From contig JBMYRG010000003.1 of NCBI GenBank assembly GCA_049602055.1, forward strand, positions 112,495 through 176,494: DNA of 64,000 nt. Direction: 5' to 3'. The position numbers were made by a program, and so were the translations under genes. This document shows positions 41,166 to 51,650 of this stretch, one piece after another. This DNA is from Alphaproteobacteria bacterium (lineage in GTDB: Bacteria; Pseudomonadota; Alphaproteobacteria; MPNO01; UBA2964). Numbering within the stretch: the stretch's first letter is position 1; each line of letters starts with the position of its first letter. The notes beneath the pieces were generated by a model that saw only the letters and a list, made by a program, of their open reading frames with translations, searched no databases and was not told where the DNA came from.

Positions 41166-43013
41166 ATGAAAAAGGCACTCTTCGCGATATACGCAACCGG
41201 GCTTCTCCTACAGCTTGTTACGTCACCGGACGCCAGCGCCCAAAACCTGACGCCCCGCCATGCCATGACTCTCGGGGATAAGCCCAAATACGGGCCGGGC
41301 TTCAAACATCTGGATTACGTCAATCCCAACGCCCCGAAAGGTGGGGAAGTCCACCTCTATTCGATTGGCGGCTTTGACAGCTTCAACCCATACATCATTA
41401 AGGGTGATCCGGCGACCGGTACAAACCTCATGTTTGAAACATTGATGAGTTCGCCTGCTGATGACAGCCTCAGTGAATATGGTCTTATCGCAGAGTCCGT
41501 CGAAGTTCCGGACGACCTTTCATACGTCATCTATAATTTGCGCAAAGAAGCGAAATTCCATGATGGGTCGTCAATAACCGCCGATGATGTCGTTTTCAGC
41601 TTCACGTCGCTGAAAACCAAAGGCCAGCCCTTTTACCGTTATTACTATGCCAATGTCGCAAAGGCTGAAAAGCTTACCCCCCATCGGGTCAAATTCAGCT
41701 TCACTGGCCCGCCAAACCGCGAATTGCCACAAATCGTTGGGCAACTGCCAGTTCTCTCCAAGGCGTGGTGGAGTAAAAACGACTTTTCAAAAACGACTTT
41801 AAAACCGCCTCTCGGCAGCGGCCCCTATAAGGTCAAGTCTTTCGAACCGGGTCGGTATATTACCTTTGAACGGGTTAAAAATTACTGGGGACAGAACATC
41901 CCGTTACGGGTTGGCCAACATAATTTTGATATCGTCCGGTATGATTATTACCGTGATCAAGCCGTCGCCCTGGAAGCTTTCAAAGCAGGGTTATATGACT
42001 TCCGTTTCGAAGGGTCCTCTAAGGACTGGGCAACCGGCTATAACTTTCCCGCCCAAAAACGCGGTGAAGTAAAGATTGCGTTGTTGGAACATTCCCGACC
42101 AGTCGGGATGCAGGCATTCGTCTTGAATTCAAGACGCCCACAATTCAAAAACAAGCCGGTCCGGCAAGCACTCTCCTATGCATTTGATTTCGAATGGTCT
42201 AATCGACAGCTTTTTTACGGACAGTACAGCCGAACGGCCAGTTATTTTGAAAACTCCGATCTTGCCGCAACAAACCCACCCACGGCTGAGGAACTCAAAA
42301 TACTTGAGCCGCTGCGGGGCAAGGTGCCGGATGAGGTTTTCAACGAAGTTTACAAACCCGCCAAGACTGATGGTTCCGGCAATAACCGCCGCAATCTGCG
42401 CAAAGCTGTGCGTCTTCTCAAGAAAGCAGGCTGGAAAGTCGTCAATAACCAGCTTGTCAGCCCGACAACGGGCAAGCCTATGGAGATTGAGTTTCTCCTC
42501 GTGAGCCCGGCCTTTGAGCGCGTTGTGTCGCCATTTATTCGCAACCTTAAACGCCTTGGAATCCAGGGAAGAATTCGAACCGTTGACCCCGCACAATATC
42601 AAAACAGGGTGCGTGAATTTGATTACGACGTCATCGTATCGACCTTTGGACAGTCCCTGTCACCGGGCAATGAACAGAGAAATTACTGGCACAGTAACGC
42701 CGCCACGCGCTCAGGGAGCCGTAACCTCATTGGTATTCAAGATCCCGCGATAGATGTATTGGTCGAAAAAATTGTTGCCGCCAAGGATCGCAAATCACTT
42801 GTCGTCGCGAGCAGAGCCCTGGATCGAGTCCTGCAATGGAACCAATTTGTCATACCGCAATGGCATATCCGGGCAGATCGTATTGCCTGGTGGGACAAGT
42901 TTGGTCGACCCGCCAAACGTCCAAGTTTCGGGATCGGGTTTTTCTCTTGGTGGGTTGATGCCCAAAAAGCAGCCGCCATCCAGCCCAAGCGCCAAAAGTC
43001 TATATCTAAATGA
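41166..43013 (+). CDS. yejA: ABC transporter substrate-binding protein, family 5 (YejA-like peptide / microcin C binding)
   Basis: 615 aa, signal peptide, SBP_bac_5 layout. First gene of a yejABEF-type operon. Confidence 0.8.
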   Translation: MKKALFAIYATGLLLQLVTSPDASAQNLTPRHAMTLGDKPKYGPGFKHLDYVNPNAPKGGEVHLYSIGGFDSFNPYIIKGDPATGTNLMFETLMSSPADDSLSEYGLIAESVEVPDDLSYVIYNLRKEAKFHDGSSITADDVVFSFTSLKTKGQPFYRYYYANVAKAEKLTPHRVKFSFTGPPNRELPQIVGQLPVLSKAWWSKNDFSKTTLKPPLGSGPYKVKSFEPGRYITFERVKNYWGQNIPLRVGQHNFDIVRYDYYRDQAVALEAFKAGLYDFRFEGSSKDWATGYNFPAQKRGEVKIALLEHSRPVGMQAFVLNSRRPQFKNKPVRQALSYAFDFEWSNRQLFYGQYSRTASYFENSDLAATNPPTAEELKILEPLRGKVPDEVFNEVYKPAKTDGSGNNRRNLRKAVRLLKKAGWKVVNNQLVSPTTGKPMEIEFLLVSPAFERVVSPFIRNLKRLGIQGRIRTVDPAQYQNRVREFDYDVIVSTFGQSLSPGNEQRNYWHSNAATRSGSRNLIGIQDPAIDVLVEKIVAAKDRKSLVVASRALDRVLQWNQFVIPQWHIRADRIAWWDKFGRPAKRPSFGIGFFSWWVDAQKAAAIQPKRQKSISK

Positions 43014-44845
43014 CCCGACTATTTTTAAAGGTCATTGCCCTCGCGACGTCACTGGCTATCGGTGCCCAGGCCAGTGATCTATCAAAAAGCCATGGTCTGT
43101 CCGCGTTTGGAGATTTGAAATATTCCAGCGGCTTCAAACATTTCGACTACGTCAATCCAGACGCCCCAAAAGGCGGTACGATCCGACTGGCAGGCATCGA
43201 TTCATTCGATAGCCTTAATCCTTATATTCTCAAAGGCGTACCGGTCGCCGGGATCGGGCTCATTCATGCAACGCTCATGGAACGCGCCAATGATGAGCCG
43301 GATGCTCTGTATGGCCTGGTCGCTGAAAGCGTATCCGTCGCTTTGGATAAAAGTTCGATTACTTTTGATTTGCGCCCAACAGCCAAATTCAGCGACGGCT
43401 CAGCAATAACCTCTGACGATGTTGTCTTTACATTCCAGACCCTCGTCAAAAAGGGACACCCTCAATATCGCTTCATTTTTGCAGACGTCGCAAGCGTCAA
43501 AGCTCTTAACAAGCATCGCGTCAAATTTACGTTCAAAGCTCCGAATAACCGGGACTTACCGCTTCAGATCGCTGGATTACCGGTTCTTTCCAAAAGCTAT
43601 TACGACAAAGTGCCGTTTGACAAAACAACGATGACGGCACCACCGGGCGCTGGCCCCTATCGTGTTGCAAAGGTCGAACCGGGACGTTCCGTTTTGTACC
43701 AACGCATAAAAAACCATTGGGCAGAGAACCTTCCCGTTATGCAAGGCCGATATAATTTCGATAAAGTCCAGTTCGATTATTTCAGGGACCGGGACATCGC
43801 TTTTCAAGCATTTTTCTCAAAGTCGTATGACTTCCGGGAAGAATTTACATCGCGCAGCTGGGCCACCCAGTATGACGACAAACTCCCGGTCAAAGATGGC
43901 CGTATCGTCCGGGCAACCCTGGCCGACGCGACACCTTCTGGCGTCCAGGCATTCTTTTTCAATATGCGGCGTAACAAATTCGAGGACCGCCGCGTCCGGG
44001 CAGCACTTGATCTTGCTTTCGATTATGAATGGACTAACAAAACTTTATTTTACGGTCTGTACGACCGGACCAACAGCATGTTCGCCAATAGTGCTTTAGC
44101 GGCGGAGAAGCCGCCAACACCGGAGGAAATCGCACTGCTCGAACCATTGCGCGGCAAGGTACCAGCCGAGGTATTCTCGAAAGTCTACCAATCCCCTAAG
44201 ACCGATGGTTCCGGTCGCAATCGAGCGAACCTGCGGAAAGCGACACGCCTCCTTCGCGAAGCAGGCTGGAAAATCGTCAATAACAAACTCGTCAGCAAAT
44301 CCGGCAAACCACTCACTATAGAGTTCTTGCTGTTCGAAAGCTCGTTCCAGCGCATCATCAGCCCCTATGTCCGTAACCTGAAACGTCTCGGCATCGATGC
44401 CAGAATCCGGATTGTCGATGTCGCTAACTTCCAGCATCGGATGCGGCAATATGATTTTGATGTTGTGGTCCAACGCTATGTCCAAACCAATACGCCTGGC
44501 ATCGAACAAAAAACATTCTTCAGTTCCAAAATGGCGGATGTGCCAGGGTCAAGAAACCTCGCCGGCATCAAAAATCCTGCGATTGATTACCTGATTGAAA
44601 AAATAATCGCCGCAAAGTCTCGTAAGAATCTCGTCACCGCTGTGCACGCTCTTGACCGAGTCTTAATGTGGAACCGCTATATGGTCCCGCAATGGTATAA
44701 GGGTGTCCATAATATCGCCTATTGGAATAAGTTTGACCGTCCCAAAATTAAACCCAAGTTTGATCTCGGTATGCTGGACACGTGGTGGTATAGCGCTAAG
44801 AAGGCCTCCATGATTGACGCAGGTAAAGCGCTACCAAAACCATAA
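43010..44845 (+). CDS. yejA: ABC transporter substrate-binding protein, family 5 (second YejA paralog)
   Basis: 611 aa, about 45% identical to the upstream SBP over the whole length. ATG overlaps the previous stop. Confidence 0.8.
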   Translation: MTRLFLKVIALATSLAIGAQASDLSKSHGLSAFGDLKYSSGFKHFDYVNPDAPKGGTIRLAGIDSFDSLNPYILKGVPVAGIGLIHATLMERANDEPDALYGLVAESVSVALDKSSITFDLRPTAKFSDGSAITSDDVVFTFQTLVKKGHPQYRFIFADVASVKALNKHRVKFTFKAPNNRDLPLQIAGLPVLSKSYYDKVPFDKTTMTAPPGAGPYRVAKVEPGRSVLYQRIKNHWAENLPVMQGRYNFDKVQFDYFRDRDIAFQAFFSKSYDFREEFTSRSWATQYDDKLPVKDGRIVRATLADATPSGVQAFFFNMRRNKFEDRRVRAALDLAFDYEWTNKTLFYGLYDRTNSMFANSALAAEKPPTPEEIALLEPLRGKVPAEVFSKVYQSPKTDGSGRNRANLRKATRLLREAGWKIVNNKLVSKSGKPLTIEFLLFESSFQRIISPYVRNLKRLGIDARIRIVDVANFQHRMRQYDFDVVVQRYVQTNTPGIEQKTFFSSKMADVPGSRNLAGIKNPAIDYLIEKIIAAKSRKNLVTAVHALDRVLMWNRYMVPQWYKGVHNIAYWNKFDRPKIKPKFDLGMLDTWWYSAKKASMIDAGKALPKP

Positions 44846-44862
44846 CGACAGAACAAAAATAA

Positions 44863-45987
44863 ATGCTCGCCTATATTATCCGCCGCCTCCTGCTGATCAT
44901 TCCGACCCTGATCGGAATCATGGTGATCAATTTTGCGATCATTCAGTTTGCTCCGGGTGGTCCAATTGAGCAGATCATCGCCCAATTGACCGGCACCGAC
45001 GTCGGCGCAACGGCACGCATTGGTGGCACCGGAGGAACCGAGTCCGGTTCAACGGCGACAACGTCACAGCAAGCCTCCGCTGGCGCTGCTGGCGCGGCAA
45101 ACAACGCTTATCGCGGTGCTCAAGGGCTCGATCCCGAATTCATCAAACAACTTGAAAAGCAGTTCGGCTTCGACAAGCCGATACATGAACGGTTCCTGTT
45201 GATGATGGGGAAATATATTCAGTTTGATTTTGGAACCAGTTATTTCCGGGATCAGAAAGTCGTCGATCTGGTTCTGGATAAACTACCCGTCTCAGTCTCC
45301 CTTGGCATATGGACGACGCTCCTCGTCTATTTTATTTCCATCCCGCTCGGCATTCGCAAAGCCGTCAATGACGGTAGCCCATTTGATATCTGGACCAGCG
45401 CCGTCATCATTATCGGCAATGCCATTCCAGGGTTCTTATTTGCCGTCATGCTGGTGGTGCTTTTTGCGGGCGGCAGTTATTTCGACTGGTTCCCCTTACG
45501 CGGGCTGGTCTCAGAGAACTGGGATCAGCTTAGCTGGCCAATGAAAATCCTTGATTATCTATGGCACATGGTTTTGCCCATTACCGCACTCGTCATTGGT
45601 GGCTTCGCTGCCCTAACCTTTTTGACCAAGAACTCCTTTCTCGACCAGATCAATCAGCAATATGTTCTGACGGCCAAAGCCAAGGGGCTGACGGAACATC
45701 GTGTGCTCTATGGCCATGTCTTCCGCAACGCGATGCTCATCGTCATTGCCGGGTTCCCAAGCGCCTTTGTCGGCATCCTGTTTACCGGCGCATTGCTGAT
45801 CGAAATTATTTTTTCGCTCGATGGCCTCGGACTATTGGGCTTCGAAGCGGTCATCAAGCGCGATTACCCAATTATGTTTGCATCATTGTTCTTCTTCACC
45901 CTTCTCGGCCTCGTCATGAAGCTAATCGGCGATTTGACCTACACGCTAATCGATCCGCGTATCGATTTTGAGGCGCGCGATGTCTGA
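44863..45987 (+). CDS. yejB: ABC transporter permease YejB
   Basis: 374 aa. DppB/OppB-type permease with an insertion carrying a Gly/Thr/Ala-rich loop. BPD_transp_1 EAA motif. Confidence 0.85.
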   Translation: MLAYIIRRLLLIIPTLIGIMVINFAIIQFAPGGPIEQIIAQLTGTDVGATARIGGTGGTESGSTATTSQQASAGAAGAANNAYRGAQGLDPEFIKQLEKQFGFDKPIHERFLLMMGKYIQFDFGTSYFRDQKVVDLVLDKLPVSVSLGIWTTLLVYFISIPLGIRKAVNDGSPFDIWTSAVIIIGNAIPGFLFAVMLVVLFAGGSYFDWFPLRGLVSENWDQLSWPMKILDYLWHMVLPITALVIGGFAALTFLTKNSFLDQINQQYVLTAKAKGLTEHRVLYGHVFRNAMLIVIAGFPSAFVGILFTGALLIEIIFSLDGLGLLGFEAVIKRDYPIMFASLFFFTLLGLVMKLIGDLTYTLIDPRIDFEARDV

Positions 45988-47077
45988 GACAGGCGCAGCA
46001 ATCCAGCCGGAAAGTAGTGGCGGCCATACGCGGCCGACATTTATGGGCGTGAAGATATCGTCGCTCACGGAAAGGCGTATCGCCAGCTTTAAAGCCAACA
46101 GGCGAGGCTATTGGTCGTTCTGGATATTTCTGGTGCTGTTTGTCTTTAGCCTGTTTGCAGAACTGATCGCCAACGACAAGCCTCTGCTGGTTGAATATCA
46201 AGGAAGCTATTACTTCCCTGTCCTCAAGGTATATCCCGAAACCGTCTTTGGCGGAGATTTCCAGACCGAAGCTGAATATCGTGAAAAGGACGTTCAGGAT
46301 CTCATTGCCGAAAAAGGCGGCAAGATATACTGGGCTCCTGTCCGGTATAGCTACGGCACAGTCAATTTGAATCTCAACAAGCCCGCGCCCTCGCCCCCAA
46401 CCCTTGAAAATCTATTGGGCACCGATGATCAGGCACGAGATGTTTTCGCCCGGGTAATTTACGGCTTTCGGATCTCGGTTCTCTTCGGACTCATCCTGAC
46501 CATCATCTCTTCGGTCGTTGGTATCGCTGCTGGCGCCATACAGGGATATTTCGGTGGTTGGACCGATCTTCTCTTCCAGCGCTTTATCGAAATCTGGTCG
46601 GGTCTGCCAAGGTTGTTCCTCCTTATTATTCTGGCCAGCGTGTTTCAGCCAAGCTTCTGGATGTTGCTTGGCCTGTTGCTGCTGTTCGAATGGATGGCGC
46701 TCGAAGGCGTTGTACGCGCCGAATTCCTGCGGGCACGTAATTTCGATTATGTGCGCGCCGCCCGCTCACTCGGCGTTGGAAATGCGACGATCATCCGGCG
46801 CCACGTCCTGCCCAACGCCATGACCGCCGCCCTGACCTTTCTCCCGTTTGTACTGATTGGCTCAATCACGGCCCTGACATCGCTTGATTTCCTCGGATTT
46901 GGATTACCTCCCGGATCGCCGTCGCTCGGTGAATTACTCGCTCAGGGTAAAGCTAATTTGCAGGCTCCCTGGCTTGGTATTACCGCCTTTTTGGTTCTCG
47001 CCGGAATGTTGAGCCTACTGGTCTTTATTGGAGAGGCCATCCGCGATGCCTTTGATCCCCGAAAGACTATGCAGTGA
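45968..47077 (+). CDS. yejE: ABC transporter permease YejE
   Basis: 369 aa. DppC-type permease with a long N-terminal periplasmic extension. Overlaps yejB by 20 nt. Confidence 0.85.
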   Translation: MRRAMSETGAAIQPESSGGHTRPTFMGVKISSLTERRIASFKANRRGYWSFWIFLVLFVFSLFAELIANDKPLLVEYQGSYYFPVLKVYPETVFGGDFQTEAEYREKDVQDLIAEKGGKIYWAPVRYSYGTVNLNLNKPAPSPPTLENLLGTDDQARDVFARVIYGFRISVLFGLILTIISSVVGIAAGAIQGYFGGWTDLLFQRFIEIWSGLPRLFLLIILASVFQPSFWMLLGLLLLFEWMALEGVVRAEFLRARNFDYVRAARSLGVGNATIIRRHVLPNAMTAALTFLPFVLIGSITALTSLDFLGFGLPPGSPSLGELLAQGKANLQAPWLGITAFLVLAGMLSLLVFIGEAIRDAFDPRKTMQ

Positions 47078-48723
47078 TGGCAAATTCACCCAACACAGCG
47101 CAACCGATTTTGCAAGTCGACAACCTTTCCGTCTCTTTCGGCATTGAAGAGCGCGAAGTAAAAGCCGTGCGCGGCGCAAGTTTTGAAATCGGCAAAGGCG
47201 AAACCGTCGCCCTAGTTGGCGAAAGTGGATCTGGAAAATCAGTGACCGCGCTTTCCACAATCCAACTACTGCCCTACCCGATGGCACATCACCCATCAGG
47301 AAGCATCCGGTTCAACGGCGAAGAACTTGTCGGTGCCCACGAAGAAGTATTGCGCCGAATTCGCGGCAATCGTATCGGAATGATATTTCAGGAGCCGATG
47401 ACATCGCTCAACCCTCTCCATACGTTGGAAAAACAGATTGGCGAGGTTCTTTTCCTGCATAAAAAGTTGGATCGTGTAGCCGCACAAGCACGAGTTCTCG
47501 ATCTATTAAAACAGGTCGGTCTGCGCGATGCAGAGAATCGATTGCAGGCATACCCGCACCAAATTTCAGGAGGGCAACGGCAGCGGGTCATGATCGCAAT
47601 GGCCCTTGCCAATGATCCCGATCTATTGATTGCCGATGAGCCAACCACGGCTCTGGATGTGACAATCCAGGCGCAAATTCTGGCCCTTTTGGAGGAGCTG
47701 CAGCAGAAGCGCGGCATGTCGATATTGTTAATTACGCACGATCTCGGGATCGTGCGTAAGGTCGCTGATCGGGTTTGCGTGATGACAGAGGGCCGTATCG
47801 TCGAACAGGGCGACACAGCAGAAATTTTTGATAACCCTCAACATAGCTATACGCAGCATTTATTGGCAGCCGAACCAAAGGGCAAGCCAGCAACAGCAGC
47901 AATGGGCGCCCCCGTCGTCGTGGAAACCAAAGATCTAAAAGTCTGGTTTCCGATCAAACGCGGCATCCTGCGTAAAACCGTCGGCCATATCAAAGCGGTC
48001 GATGGCGTCTCCGTTGAGGTCCGCGAAGGCCATACCGTAGGCGTTGTGGGCGAAAGCGGCTCCGGCAAAACAACGCTGGCGATGGGGCTGCTCCGGCTGG
48101 AGCGCAGCGAAGGGCCGATAAGTTTCCTGGACCAGAACATTCAGGGAAAAAGCTGGAAAGAGTTGCGCCCCCTGCGCAAAGAAATGCAAATTGTTTTTCA
48201 GGATCCCTATGGCTCGCTGAGCCCACGCATGTCAGTTGGTCAAATCATCGAAGAAGGCATGTTGATCCATATGCCAAACCTGTCGTTTGACGAACGGCGA
48301 CAGCTGATAGCGGAAACGCTGGTTGAAGTGGGGCTCGACCCAGAAACACAGGATCGCTATCCGCATGAATTCTCGGGTGGCCAAAGGCAACGTATCTCTA
48401 TCGCGCGCGCCATGGTCTTGAGACCGCGTTTGGTCGTTTTGGATGAGCCAACGTCAGCCCTCGATATGTCCGTGCAAGCGCAGATCGTCGATCTCCTGCG
48501 CGATCTACAGCAAAAGCACAAACTCGCTTACCTGTTTATTAGCCATGACCTGAAAGTTGTCCGCGCTCTTGCTGATGAAGTTCTCGTCATGCGCAATGGC
48601 AAGGTCGTTGAACAGGGGCCAGCAACCAAGATCTTTGATGAACCTCAAAAAGACTACACAAAGGCTCTGCTCAAGGCGGCATTCGACATAGAAGCCGTGG
48701 AAAGTGATGCGGTCTCAACCTAA
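47074..48723 (+). CDS. yejF: ABC transporter ATP-binding protein YejF (two fused ABC domains)
   Basis: 549 aa. Two Walker A (GESGSGKS, GESGSGKT), two signature motifs (LSGGQRQR x2), two Walker B. Confidence 0.9.
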   Translation: MMANSPNTAQPILQVDNLSVSFGIEEREVKAVRGASFEIGKGETVALVGESGSGKSVTALSTIQLLPYPMAHHPSGSIRFNGEELVGAHEEVLRRIRGNRIGMIFQEPMTSLNPLHTLEKQIGEVLFLHKKLDRVAAQARVLDLLKQVGLRDAENRLQAYPHQISGGQRQRVMIAMALANDPDLLIADEPTTALDVTIQAQILALLEELQQKRGMSILLITHDLGIVRKVADRVCVMTEGRIVEQGDTAEIFDNPQHSYTQHLLAAEPKGKPATAAMGAPVVVETKDLKVWFPIKRGILRKTVGHIKAVDGVSVEVREGHTVGVVGESGSGKTTLAMGLLRLERSEGPISFLDQNIQGKSWKELRPLRKEMQIVFQDPYGSLSPRMSVGQIIEEGMLIHMPNLSFDERRQLIAETLVEVGLDPETQDRYPHEFSGGQRQRISIARAMVLRPRLVVLDEPTSALDMSVQAQIVDLLRDLQQKHKLAYLFISHDLKVVRALADEVLVMRNGKVVEQGPATKIFDEPQKDYTKALLKAAFDIEAVESDAVST

Positions 48724-49065
48724 TCCGGTTTTGAGCTTTGCAGATTCTATTATCTCGGCGAAGCGGCTCAGAAATGCTTCACCGTCTTCGGTACGTTTGA
48801 CCAAAACACTCCGGCGATCTCGTGGATCTTTCGCCCGTTCAATGAATTTAAGGTCAGCCAATCTGTCGAGGGCTCTTGTAACCGCCGGCTTGGAAATCGC
48901 GAGATTAGCAGTCAGGCCACGAACGGTATGAGGACCATCCGTAAGATACACCGCCAATATGATCGCTATTTGGCGCGCTGACAAATCCGGCTCATCGCCT
49001 CGCACCGCATTCGCCAGCGCCTCGAACCAAAACCTAAGGCATTGTTTTTGTTCGGAATTTATCAC
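48715..49065 (-). CDS. MarR family transcriptional regulator
   Basis: 116 aa winged HTH. Convergent with yejF and overlaps its 3' end. Confidence 0.7.
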   Translation of the reverse strand: MINSEQKQCLRFWFEALANAVRGDEPDLSARQIAIILAVYLTDGPHTVRGLTANLAISKPAVTRALDRLADLKFIERAKDPRDRRSVLVKRTEDGEAFLSRFAEIIESAKLKTGLG

Positions 49066-49086
49066 TGATTGCGCTCACAAACTGTC

Positions 49087-50484
49087 CTAGCGGCGCTTCT
49101 TCTTTGCGAAACGTTTCTCGATGACGTCATAAAGCGCCCGCATGCCCATTGCCTCACCACCGATAGGCCGACCGGGCCGGGCCACGGCGTTCCACGCCAT
49201 AATATCAAAATGGACCCATGGTGTTTTGTTTGAAATAAATTCCTGCAAAAACAGTGCTGCTGTAATCGCGCCAGCGAAACCGCCTTCAGACACGTTATTG
49301 ATATCCGCAACCTCACTATTAAGAAGCCTGCGATAGGCCGGAAATAAAGGTAAACGCCAGGTGGGATCATTCCCCTTCTCACCGGCCTTGTAAACATCAC
49401 TCGCCAGAGTCTCATCATTGCAGAACATCGCAGCGATCTGTGTGCCGACAGCGACGCGGGCCGCTCCGGTCAGCGTTGAAAAATCTGCGATCAAGGCCGG
49501 GTTCTCGCGATCAGCCTCCGCCAACGCATCGCACATCACTAGTCTGCCTTCGGCATCGGTGTTGCCAACTTCAACAGTTATACCCTTGCGAGTCCGAATA
49601 ACGTCCGACGGCCGATAGGCATTGCCAGAAACAGAGTTTTCTACCGCGCCGATCAAAACCCTTAAGCGCACATCAAGCCGAGCATCCATGATCATATGCG
49701 CCAACCCAAGAACATTGGCTGAACCGCCCATATCCTTTTTCATGCGCAACATACCAGCAGCACTCTTGAGATCGAGCCCGCCTGTATCAAAGCACACGCC
49801 CTTCCCAACCAGCGTTACCTTTGGCGCATCTTTCCTGCCCCAGGTCATATCGATAAGCCGCGGCGCTTTGCTGGCCGCTCGGCCAACCGCGTGAATGGTT
49901 GGATAGTTTTGTTTAAGTAAAGAATTACCAGTAATAACTTTAATCCGGGCACTGTGTTTTTTAGCCAGCTTGCGAGCGGCTGACGCCAGTTCAGGCGGCC
50001 CCATGTCTTCTGGCGGTATATTAATCAGGTCGCGAACCAAAGCTGTCGCATCGGCAGTGCGTTTGACCGCGCCGCGATCACAATTCTTGGGCCAGACCAA
50101 AGATGGGTTCGCTGCCGCTACCGGTTTGCTTTTATATTGGGTGAACCGGTAACAGCCGAGCGCCCAACCCAAAGCCGCAGCCGTCGCACCGGCCTTATCC
50201 ATCCGCGCGTCAATCGCATAGCGGCCTGCAGGCAATTTTGATGGCAAATCCGCATAGGCCCAAAGCCCTTGATGATCATCAACACCAACCAAAACCTGCG
50301 CCAATGATCCGTCTTTCCCTGCAACCAGGCTTATCGACCCAACGGTTGCGTCGAATCCGGCTGACTTCACCCAGCGTTTCATCGCAGCATCCTGGGTTTT
50401 GAGCCATGCGGCAAAGACCGCAGTCTCAATGGGGATGATGGGGACGGTGCGGCGATCAGCCGAAGCCATAAAGCGATAGGTCAT
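49087..50484 (-). CDS. leucyl aminopeptidase family protein (peptidase M17)
   Basis: 465 aa. M17 catalytic motif NTDAEGRL and metal ligands. Confidence 0.85.
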   Translation of the reverse strand: MTYRFMASADRRTVPIIPIETAVFAAWLKTQDAAMKRWVKSAGFDATVGSISLVAGKDGSLAQVLVGVDDHQGLWAYADLPSKLPAGRYAIDARMDKAGATAAALGWALGCYRFTQYKSKPVAAANPSLVWPKNCDRGAVKRTADATALVRDLINIPPEDMGPPELASAARKLAKKHSARIKVITGNSLLKQNYPTIHAVGRAASKAPRLIDMTWGRKDAPKVTLVGKGVCFDTGGLDLKSAAGMLRMKKDMGGSANVLGLAHMIMDARLDVRLRVLIGAVENSVSGNAYRPSDVIRTRKGITVEVGNTDAEGRLVMCDALAEADRENPALIADFSTLTGAARVAVGTQIAAMFCNDETLASDVYKAGEKGNDPTWRLPLFPAYRRLLNSEVADINNVSEGGFAGAITAALFLQEFISNKTPWVHFDIMAWNAVARPGRPIGGEAMGMRALYDVIEKRFAKKKRR

Positions 50485-51560
50485 GAGGCGGAAACACCAT
50501 TTGAAATATTGGAAACCATAGATTCCATATCGACGGCACCATTGACGCGAGAGCCGATAGCGATATGCGGGCTCATGATGACGTTTTTATAGGGCAGGAA
50601 TGGATCATCATCGTCGCCTGGTTCCTTGTAATGAACATCCATCCCAACGCCGCCAATCTGACCAGAATCGAGTGCTGCGAGCAGGGCGTCTTTCTGGATG
50701 ATATCGGCCCGCGCGATATTAACGATGACGATGCCGGGCTTGGCATTATCAAGTTGTTCTGCCCCGATCAGTCCATTGGTTGAGTCATTGAGCGGCACAT
50801 GAATGCTCACAAAATCTGACTGCTCGAATAGGTCATTAAGAGACACATAGCGTGCGTTAAACTCGTTTTCGAGTTCTGAGTTCAACTGGTTCCGCTGAGT
50901 GTAGATGACTTCCATATCAAAAGCATTCGCCCAGTTCGCGACATAGCGGCCAACAGACCCAAGACCGACGATGCCCAGGGTCGACCCAAACATGTTTTTA
51001 ACACCCGAAATGCGTGCCCAGTTTGAATTTGCCGTGTGGCGGCGATCATATTCACGCGCCGGCCATCCCTCCGCCTGTAATGCCTCAATCGTCAACAGCT
51101 TGTTGGTCTCAACCGTCTTCTTGGCTAATGCCATCATCAAGGAAAAAGCATGTTCACCGACGGCGACGTTCACCGTGCGGTGGAATGGTAGTGCTGGAAT
51201 CTTCCGGGCGGCGCAGGCCTCTTCATCCACGTTCCGCATGTCGGTACGGAAGTTCTGCACGATCTTAAGATTAGGCGCCAAGGCAAGTTCCTCTTCCCCA
51301 ACGATAAATTCCTCAATCACAACCGCATCCGCTTCGGGTAACGCTGCCCGAAATTCTTCCTGGCTATTTGTAAGCACAACCCGAGACGGCGCTACAGCCG
51401 GATACTTCTTACGAAGCTCTTCACACCATTGAGGAAATTCAGGCATATCGACGGAGTAATAGTCGGCAAATCCGGCGATCCGTTCAGGGTCACAATCTGG
51501 ATCGAGCATGACGCTCAGGGCGCGGATAATATGGTCGTTTTGAATGACGATTGTAGGCAT
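50481..51560 (-). CDS. D-isomer-specific 2-hydroxyacid dehydrogenase family protein
   Basis: 359 aa. NAD-binding GLGSVG, catalytic R/E/H triad region. N-terminal extension. Overlaps the aminopeptidase gene by 4 nt. Confidence 0.75.
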   Translation of the reverse strand: MPTIVIQNDHIIRALSVMLDPDCDPERIAGFADYYSVDMPEFPQWCEELRKKYPAVAPSRVVLTNSQEEFRAALPEADAVVIEEFIVGEEELALAPNLKIVQNFRTDMRNVDEEACAARKIPALPFHRTVNVAVGEHAFSLMMALAKKTVETNKLLTIEALQAEGWPAREYDRRHTANSNWARISGVKNMFGSTLGIVGLGSVGRYVANWANAFDMEVIYTQRNQLNSELENEFNARYVSLNDLFEQSDFVSIHVPLNDSTNGLIGAEQLDNAKPGIVIVNIARADIIQKDALLAALDSGQIGGVGMDVHYKEPGDDDDPFLPYKNVIMSPHIAIGSRVNGAVDMESMVSNISNGVSAS

Positions 51561-51650
51561 CGGTTATGGTCTTTCCGGTTAAGGCTTTTATGTATTTCTC
51601 AATTGGCGGCACTGTATCGCCACAGACCCGCTCGAACAACTGGCGGCCTG

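Noticed and set aside
47296-48226. Several 60-140 aa minus-strand ORFs inside yejF
   Set aside because: Shadow ORFs antisense to a strongly supported ABC ATPase gene, a common artefact of GC-rich coding sequence.
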